DNA of 64,000 bases from a virus. The stretch spans positions 1 through 64,000 of the IMG/VR virus record IMGVR_UViG_3300028844_001691; one strand, given 5' to 3'. How positions within the stretch are numbered: the stretch's first letter is position 1; every line of letters starts with the position of its first letter. The notes under the pieces are model-generated. The model was given only the letters and a program-made list of their open reading frames with translations. It did not search any database and had not been told where the DNA came from. Positions 57,966 through 64,000 of this stretch are shown one piece after another. Position numbers and translations under genes: made by a program.

Positions 57966-59094
57966 AATGTATTACTTTCACTTTTGGATCTTTGGCTGTG
58001 TATGTACGCCATGGATCGAAAACTATTGTTGCACTGTCGACATTAAAGTTATGGTCAGTTGGGTGAGTTATAACCATAACTTCAACTGCATGGTCGAAAC
58101 CATTAACAATCATTCCACCCAACTTTCCAATATAGTGTTGAACTAGTAATGCATAAGATCCATCAGTGTATGCTACTCCTGGCTTATATGTATCACTCGT
58201 AAAGCAAATTTGCTTTCCATGTTTTAATATTTCTTTTGCCATACGTTCGGCTTGTACTTCTCTACTTTTGGCAATCGCGTCGAACAAGTCATATCCTAAG
58301 TCTAATCGTTCCGCTAAATGTCTTAGGGCAATATTATCTCTAGGGTGACAAGGTCCACCGTCGCCCATGCCTGCTTTCATATAAGCGGCACTGGTTATTC
58401 GGTATCCTGCATTACTTAAACTATTTGTTACAACATCAACATTCATATTCCCAACACTTTGGGCAACGTCTTGAATCATATTAACTAGACTTAACCTTGC
58501 ACTAATAAATGTGTTGTAAAATATTTTTGTTGCTTCTGCTTCTTCCCATGTACCAATATTATAATGCGGATCATTCTCCATTACTGTTTTGTAAAATTTT
58601 ACTAATGCTTTTGCATCAGTGTCGTTTGGTTTGTTGCCTCCAATGATAACCATATCTGGATTTACCATATCCCAAGCAACTGTACCCATAGCAATTAAGT
58701 ATGGGTTATAAATTAATCTTGCTTTATCTAATAAGCCTGCGAATTCTCTTCTTGTTGTTCCTGGAAGTACTGTACTAATCAAAACAACAATAGTATCTTC
58801 TGTTGCGTATTTGTTAATTTCTTTTAAACATTCTTTAACAGGATCTAAACCAAAGTCTTTGTTTGGTAAATGTGTTATAGGAGTTTCTCCACCATAGTCT
58901 TTATGGTGTGGAGTTTGTACTGCAACAAAGACAAAGTCCTGTCCTACTACTGCTTCTTTTGGTGTCTTAGACACTCGTACAAGCCCACTAAAGCGTTCTT
59001 CTTTGTCATACCCTGTAACTGTATGTCCTTTTTTAACTAGCATCTCAGAACTAATCATTCCAAGTTTTCCTAAACCAAACCAGCCTATTTTCAT
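57946..59094 (-). CDS. UDP-glucose/GDP-mannose dehydrogenase-family protein
   Basis: GLGKLG, AVQTP, STVLPGT, KIFYN, GDGGPCHPRD. Confidence 0.9.
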   Translation of the reverse strand: MKIGWFGLGKLGMISSEMLVKKGHTVTGYDKEERFSGLVRVSKTPKEAVVGQDFVFVAVQTPHHKDYGGETPITHLPNKDFGLDPVKECLKEINKYATEDTIVVLISTVLPGTTRREFAGLLDKARLIYNPYLIAMGTVAWDMVNPDMVIIGGNKPNDTDAKALVKFYKTVMENDPHYNIGTWEEAEATKIFYNTFISARLSLVNMIQDVAQSVGNMNVDVVTNSLSNAGYRITSAAYMKAGMGDGGPCHPRDNIALRHLAERLDLGYDLFDAIAKSREVQAERMAKEILKHGKQICFTSDTYKPGVAYTDGSYALLVQHYIGKLGGMIVNGFDHAVEVMVITHPTDHNFNVDSATIVFDPWRTYTAKDPKVKVIHYGNTRD

Positions 59095-60296
59095 AATTCT
59101 AATACCTTTGTGATATGTTTTCTAATCTCACCTGTTCTAATTAAGTTGCGATTGTGTATAAGGATTGGTCTCATATGTTTCTTTATTGTTTCTAATTCTT
59201 TATATGATTGATTACTAATGTCGATAATAATATCAAATACTTTATCCATTCTTTTAATAGGATCAACTTCCTCATCGTAACTTTCATCCCAAAACTCGTG
59301 GAATGTTTTTGCTCCCCAATGCTTTAACAAGTCTAAACTATGTACACCTGCTAACAATAATACAGGTGAACCTTGCTTCATAGGGTTTAATGTTTTTTCA
59401 CTTATTTGTCCCCAGGGGTATTCGTAATTTGTTTCACATACCAGACTAGCAAACGAGTTCCAATAAGTATCTTCTAACGGATCAGAAGTAGTAATATTAT
59501 TTATGGCTCCTACTTGTGGGCTCATATAATCTTTCATGCTTACTACTTGACATTCAGTATCTTCTTTTGTTAACGGTAAATGAGTCATAAGGTCTTTACA
59601 ACCTTTGCTATAAGATTCAAAATGTTTACTGTTGTTTAATGGAAATTTTAAAAGTACATCATCTGTTTTATGATAATGCGTAATAACACTGTCCTTTGGC
59701 ATTGTGTTATATAAGAAACTAACAGCCGCGTGTCTATGCTGATCCCAGCGATATGTAAAACAGTTTATTTTATGATTAATTTCTTCTGGTAGACCATTGC
59801 TAGGTTCTCTGTTATAATGACAAGCACCTAAACTAAAAGTGTCTAATGGGTAAATTGCCCAGTCGGAATACTTTGTGTTTTGTAATTGCTCTAACATACG
59901 ATACTCATTTGTAAATATTTTAAACTTACAGTTGTGTTTATTACACCAGTTTTGTATCATATCGAATTCATTGATGCTACAATCTTCTTGTATTAACCCG
60001 TCTGGGCAACTATACCTGGAGTGATTTTGCCATACTGATAATACTTCGTACAAAAAGAAATATACTGTCGTATGGTCTACAAAGTTAATACTTGAATCTG
60101 ACCAAGATTCGAACCATTCACACGGACCGTCAAATATAAAATAAGGGGTTTTGATTTCTAAACTTTGGAGTGATTCTGCTGTTTTTCGAAATCTTCCACG
60201 TGTGTCACTAAATTTAGTGATGGTTGACGTTGCATCAACTACAGAGTGGTTTATTGCTTTGTTAATATTATTTATGTAAATTGAGTTAAATTGCAT
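59091..60296 (-). CDS. Hypothetical protein with glycosyltransferase-like C-terminus
   Basis: Y..SF.SLVCET...ISEKT..P...WDESYD motif, reminiscent of the GT10-type donor-binding region. Confidence 0.5.
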   Translation of the reverse strand: MQFNSIYINNINKAINHSVVDATSTITKFSDTRGRFRKTAESLQSLEIKTPYFIFDGPCEWFESWSDSSINFVDHTTVYFFLYEVLSVWQNHSRYSCPDGLIQEDCSINEFDMIQNWCNKHNCKFKIFTNEYRMLEQLQNTKYSDWAIYPLDTFSLGACHYNREPSNGLPEEINHKINCFTYRWDQHRHAAVSFLYNTMPKDSVITHYHKTDDVLLKFPLNNSKHFESYSKGCKDLMTHLPLTKEDTECQVVSMKDYMSPQVGAINNITTSDPLEDTYWNSFASLVCETNYEYPWGQISEKTLNPMKQGSPVLLLAGVHSLDLLKHWGAKTFHEFWDESYDEEVDPIKRMDKVFDIIIDISNQSYKELETIKKHMRPILIHNRNLIRTGEIRKHITKVLEL

Positions 60297-61644
60297 CGAA
60301 CCAAGCCATATATTCGGGAAAAACTTCGCTAAAAATGGTACTTCTACGTTTATCGAGCTCTTTAGTATATACTTTAAAGTTCTGCTTATGATTATTACTA
60401 TCTACTGTTTGTTGACTTCTCCAGTATTCAATAATACGTTCTAGTTTAGCAGTTTCACTATTATGCATTAACTCTACAATTTCCATCTGTTTCATATACT
60501 CAACTGTATTAGTCATGTATTCTTCAAATGTTTTATCTAGTATTTTAACATCCATCATCTCAGGATATCTTAAAAAAGGTATGTCAATGTACATACAATC
60601 TCTACCGTATTGTTTTCTTATTTCAACTAAATCTTTTAGGAAGTCTTTGAATGATGTTACACTTAATGCATTGTAGGTACACATGAATGTAACTACAAAC
60701 CTGTCTTCATTTTTAAATTCTTCTAATACACGTTTTACATTTTTTATAAACTTGTTATAATCTAAACCATTTCTAATATACTCTGCTTTATTACCAAATG
60801 CTTCTGCACTTGTGTAAACTTCTAGTTTACGAACTTTGCCACTTGCTAATACTTTCTTTGCTTGATTAATAAACTTATCGAATAGTTTGTCCTCAACACA
60901 AAAGTTACTATTAATACCTAACAGTAAATCTTTATTTGGTTTATCTGTTTCAATGATCCAGTCCATCATTTTAAATGTGTTCTTGTTCATAAGTGGCTCG
61001 CCACCTGTAACACGGAACGTATGCAATGCTGGATACAACTCAGGCCACCATTCCCAAAATGCTTCTACATATGGATTGTGTTCTCTTTCTGGTATAGGCA
61101 TTCTGCCTCTACGTTCTGTCCATGTTATGTCGTTGTAATTATCTGAAGTGCTAAAGCCTCCATGTTGTTTTACTTCTTGCATCCACGCACTACTAATAGC
61201 AGGACTACAATACATACATTTAAAATTACAAGCATAACCAAAACTTACTTCTACATAACTTGGTTGAAAGTTTGTACTCCAATCATTATTTTTAATTGTA
61301 TCAAAGTGTTTGTTACTCCAACTAAATGCACTCTTTAAATGTCTGTCACTTAAAGCATTTGGATCTGCATCTTCAACTCTCCAACAGTAGTCACATTCTT
61401 TAGGTCTACCACCTTCAAGCATTTCTTTACGTTGTTGTTTTTTATATATAGAGTTGTGTAATGAACTAGGGTCTAGTTTAATTTCGTCAACTGGTACTTG
61501 GTGTACCGGTGGGTGATGACAACTATGTGCAGTTCCATTTTGTAAGTTAAGTGTAAGTTGTGTCCACTTTGCTAAACAGAATCCAGGACCTACTGCATTC
61601 AGTTTGGCTTTCATTTCATGCGGATCTGTTCCGGTAAAACTCAT
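60286..61644 (-). CDS. N-terminal twitch radical SAM protein (type A variant)
   Basis: CLAKW...SCHH...CDYC; CNFKCMYC; TGGEP. Confidence 0.92.
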   Translation of the reverse strand: MSFTGTDPHEMKAKLNAVGPGFCLAKWTQLTLNLQNGTAHSCHHPPVHQVPVDEIKLDPSSLHNSIYKKQQRKEMLEGGRPKECDYCWRVEDADPNALSDRHLKSAFSWSNKHFDTIKNNDWSTNFQPSYVEVSFGYACNFKCMYCSPAISSAWMQEVKQHGGFSTSDNYNDITWTERRGRMPIPEREHNPYVEAFWEWWPELYPALHTFRVTGGEPLMNKNTFKMMDWIIETDKPNKDLLLGINSNFCVEDKLFDKFINQAKKVLASGKVRKLEVYTSAEAFGNKAEYIRNGLDYNKFIKNVKRVLEEFKNEDRFVVTFMCTYNALSVTSFKDFLKDLVEIRKQYGRDCMYIDIPFLRYPEMMDVKILDKTFEEYMTNTVEYMKQMEIVELMHNSETAKLERIIEYWRSQQTVDSNNHKQNFKVYTKELDKRRSTIFSEVFPEYMAWFDAI

Positions 61645-62348
61645 TACGAATAATCTTCTTTAAGTATATCCCAAGTATCATAAGGCCCTTTGACTTGATG
61701 CCATTTATCTCCAGGGTTTGTCATTTTGTCTGCTAATGGTTTATCGTTTCCATTAATGTGAATTCTGTCTCCAAAGAATATCATTGGTGTTCCAATAATA
61801 TCATATACTTGTGCTTTGTTCTTTCCTTTTAGATGAATATCTATACTAGTGTTACCACCTAGTTCTGCTTCAAAGCCTGGGAAAGTTTCGTTAAACATTT
61901 CACAAATACTAACACGTTCATTATTTACTTTGTCCCATTCATAATAATCATCACGTTGTTGCCCTACGGCATTTCTTCCTACAGTACTAAAGTTTATTAA
62001 CCCTGTACGTTTTTCAATATGAAGTCCATACTTGTGTTTATATTTACTGAAGTCTACTTGTTGTTCTAACCATGTGTCCATATCTTCTGGAGCATTAAGG
62101 TTACTACTCGAAACTTCAATACCATTACGCCATACACTGTTACCTGCACATTGAAATACCATTGTACAGTTGTCTACGATCTCGTGTCCTATTTGTTCTA
62201 TTGTTTTAGGTCTATCACTACCTGTAACAATAAAGACACTTTTGTTTTTCATCCAGTTTAAGAACCAGAGTCTAAAGTCAACAGGAATTACTTGCCTACT
62301 TTCAGACAAGGTTCCATCTACGTCAAATACATAATTTACACGGTCCAA
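61644..62348 (-). CDS. HAD-IIB phosphomannomutase-like enzyme
   Basis: FDVDGTL, VTGSD, INFSTVGR, GGNTSIDI, FFGD...GND. Confidence 0.88.
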   Translation of the reverse strand: MDRVNYVFDVDGTLSESRQVIPVDFRLWFLNWMKNKSVFIVTGSDRPKTIEQIGHEIVDNCTMVFQCAGNSVWRNGIEVSSSNLNAPEDMDTWLEQQVDFSKYKHKYGLHIEKRTGLINFSTVGRNAVGQQRDDYYEWDKVNNERVSICEMFNETFPGFEAELGGNTSIDIHLKGKNKAQVYDIIGTPMIFFGDRIHINGNDKPLADKMTNPGDKWHQVKGPYDTWDILKEDYS

Positions 62349-62497
62349 CTTTTCAACTGCTCCTTTGTTGGTTTCATTGGTTCAAGTTTTTCTATCTTAC
62401 CACCCTTCTCTAAAAACTTTTTCATTCGTTCATCTAGTTTTCTTTGAAGTTCAGCAGGTTCTGGTTTTGTATAATCTTTTTGTTTATTATCTATCAT
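62336..62497 (-). CDS. 53-aa protein with SutA-like motif (not in ORF track)
   Basis: MIDNKQKDYTKPEPAELQRKLDERMKKFLEKGGKIEKLEPMKPTKEQLKSWTV; ATGA overlap with RLP stop. Confidence 0.75.
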   Translation of the reverse strand: MIDNKQKDYTKPEPAELQRKLDERMKKFLEKGGKIEKLEPMKPTKEQLKSWTV

Positions 62498-63630
62498 TGT
62501 GTTACACTGTCTATTGCTTTTCTTAATTTTAATGCTCCGGCTTTCATACCGTCTGGGTGTTCGTGAATTGCTCCACCAACATTTGCCATATAGTCAACAC
62601 CAAAGCGTCTTGTTATTTCTGGAATAAGTTCTGCTGTCATGCCACAACTTAAAGCAGGCACTACATTGTTTCCACTTAACATATGCATTGTGCTTCGAAG
62701 TTCATTTTCATCATCACTTAAATATCCGCCCCACATACCTGTATGGATTGTATCCACTCCACAGATACTTGCTAACTTACATAACACATACCAACTAATA
62801 CGATATGCATTCTTTGTACTGCTTATTACTTTGTCGCCTGACTTCTGATAATGTATATACAAAGGTAAGTTTAATTTGTTAATACTCTTATAAGATCCGT
62901 GCCCACTCCAGAAGTTAACGTGTACTCCATTACCTCCGCCATCTGCAACCATTTTGGCTCTATCTAGCAAGTACAAAGGATCACTATTAATACAATAGCA
63001 ATACACAACGTTTGTTCCTGCTAACACCCGCTGTATGACGTCTATGCGAGTCTTAAGGGGTAAACAAGCCGGGTTTGCCATTATCTCATCTTCTTTGATA
63101 AAGTCAACTCCGCCTTCTACAAATGCAGTAACAATTTCGACTAATGCTTGTTCTGTTAGTCCTGTCTTGGGTTTAACAATACTACCTAGCAATGGCTTGT
63201 TGTAATTGCCTGTAAGTTTTCTAAATCCTGATAATCCGTAACGTGGTGCAACTGCATCACATAATGAAAAATCGATATCTAAATCTAATAGTTCACATCT
63301 GTGAATATAATCGATGTCCATTTGTCCACCCATTAACACACAAAGTAATTGTGCTATTCCATCAGTTTCCCAGTCAATAATTCTATAGGGCCAAGCAATT
63401 TTAACTATGCCTGTGTTCTTTCCTATAAAGTCTGCTGGCTTTCCAATAATCTTTGCTGAGTATTGTTCAATCAACTCTGGTGTTTCATATTCATTTCTTA
63501 CACTAGGGTTACCTACACTTTGCCCGACTGCTAATCCAAATGCCGCCTTGTTTAAGTCGTTACCTTCTAGTTTGTATGTTACTGTAAAGTATTCCTTGGG
63601 ATCTACTTCACTCACGTATATATCAAGCAT
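62494..63630 (-). CDS. RuBisCO-like protein (form IV)
   Basis: KPKTGL, GVDFIKEDE, PALSCG, GGAIHEHPDG; IHYQK and GGYL replace bona fide RuBisCO residues. Confidence 0.88.
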   Translation of the reverse strand: MLDIYVSEVDPKEYFTVTYKLEGNDLNKAAFGLAVGQSVGNPSVRNEYETPELIEQYSAKIIGKPADFIGKNTGIVKIAWPYRIIDWETDGIAQLLCVLMGGQMDIDYIHRCELLDLDIDFSLCDAVAPRYGLSGFRKLTGNYNKPLLGSIVKPKTGLTEQALVEIVTAFVEGGVDFIKEDEIMANPACLPLKTRIDVIQRVLAGTNVVYCYCINSDPLYLLDRAKMVADGGGNGVHVNFWSGHGSYKSINKLNLPLYIHYQKSGDKVISSTKNAYRISWYVLCKLASICGVDTIHTGMWGGYLSDDENELRSTMHMLSGNNVVPALSCGMTAELIPEITRRFGVDYMANVGGAIHEHPDGMKAGALKLRKAIDSVTQ

Positions 63631-63647
63631 AATGTATTGTACCTTCT

Positions 63648-63977
63648 TTATTCTTTAATGTCAAACATATATTTGTCATCTGTGTCACAAATATCTCTAA
63701 CTACTGTTAATTCTACATCGGTTAAGTATTCAACTTGACTAACTTCATATGGGTATAATATAAAAATGTCGCCTTCGCTAAATATTTCTCCGTTAATTTT
63801 TACTTTTCCTTTTCGCATACAGTTGATCTCTGTACCTTTTTTATGAAAGTGATCCTGATGGAATTCACCTTTTTTGTGTCTGTGAATACCAACTTCAAAG
63901 TTTGCCTTAAAAGCCGTAGGTTCAAAGTTACCTACAAACCATCCACCTTTCATATCATCTAATTTAAATTTCTTCAT
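63648..63977 (-). CDS. Cupin-fold protein
   Basis: GGWFVGNFEP, HFH...E...GDIF. Confidence 0.75.
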   Translation of the reverse strand: MKKFKLDDMKGGWFVGNFEPTAFKANFEVGIHRHKKGEFHQDHFHKKGTEINCMRKGKVKINGEIFSEGDIFILYPYEVSQVEYLTDVELTVVRDICDTDDKYMFDIKE

Positions 63978-64000
63978 TTATGTTCCTCTAACAAGTTATA

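Noticed and set aside
26208-61644. Canonical RiPP gene cluster as a firm call
   Set aside because: No recognisable RRE/PqqD domain, transporter or adjacent leader peptidase; small peptides are reported only as candidates
62494-63630. CO2-fixing RuBisCO
   Set aside because: The His294- and loop-6 Lys334-equivalent positions appear replaced (HYQK, GGYL); no small subunit or PRK is seen
1-64000. Stop-codon reassignment, tRNA genes or introns
   Set aside because: Genes tile densely and intact under code 11 using TAA, TAG and TGA; no cloverleaf or intron-like interruption was seen in the few intergenic gaps

Overview
This is an AT-rich, gene-dense segment of a large dsDNA bacteriophage, probably a T4-like or jumbo phage of a diderm aquatic proteobacterium (inference). 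It uses the standard genetic code, and I found no tRNA, rRNA, CRISPR array or transposase. The left ~22.4 kb is almost entirely plus-strand. It encodes a lipoprotein subtilase with a C-terminal beta-barrel, a histidine phosphatase, a purine PRTase, QueD and QueE, a T4 RNase H-like 5'-3' nuclease, a MoxR-type AAA ATPase with its VWA/metallopeptidase partner, ThyX, IscU and many small phage hypotheticals. The right ~41.5 kb is almost entirely minus-strand and forms one large biosynthetic island. It holds 16 radical-SAM genes with auxiliary-cluster (twitch/SPASM-like) domains in three architectures, plus SufE and a NifU/NfuA domain; IscU lies just left of the strand switch. The island also encodes two nitroreductase-fold proteins, 2OG-Fe(II) oxygenases, two NDP-sugar dehydrogenases, a DegT aminotransferase, an amidinotransferase, a carbamoyltransferase, GT2-like and methyltransferase-like proteins, a cytidylyltransferase, a PMM-type HAD and a RuBisCO-like protein. 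Two promoter classes are readable: sigma70-like TTGAC(A/G)-N16-TATTAT, and T4-late-like TAA(A/G)TA, the latter often 5 nt before an SD-less ATG. A 40.0-43.0 kb block inside the island has distinct composition, an inverted GGGGTCA(A/G)AT pair, a 20-bp palindrome and several unannotated micro-ORFs. The best candidate novel system is the phage-encoded radical-SAM array with its own Fe-S supply genes, linked to an aminoglycoside-like amino/guanidino/carbamoyl-sugar tailoring set. All family calls come from motif recognition by eye; no searches were run.
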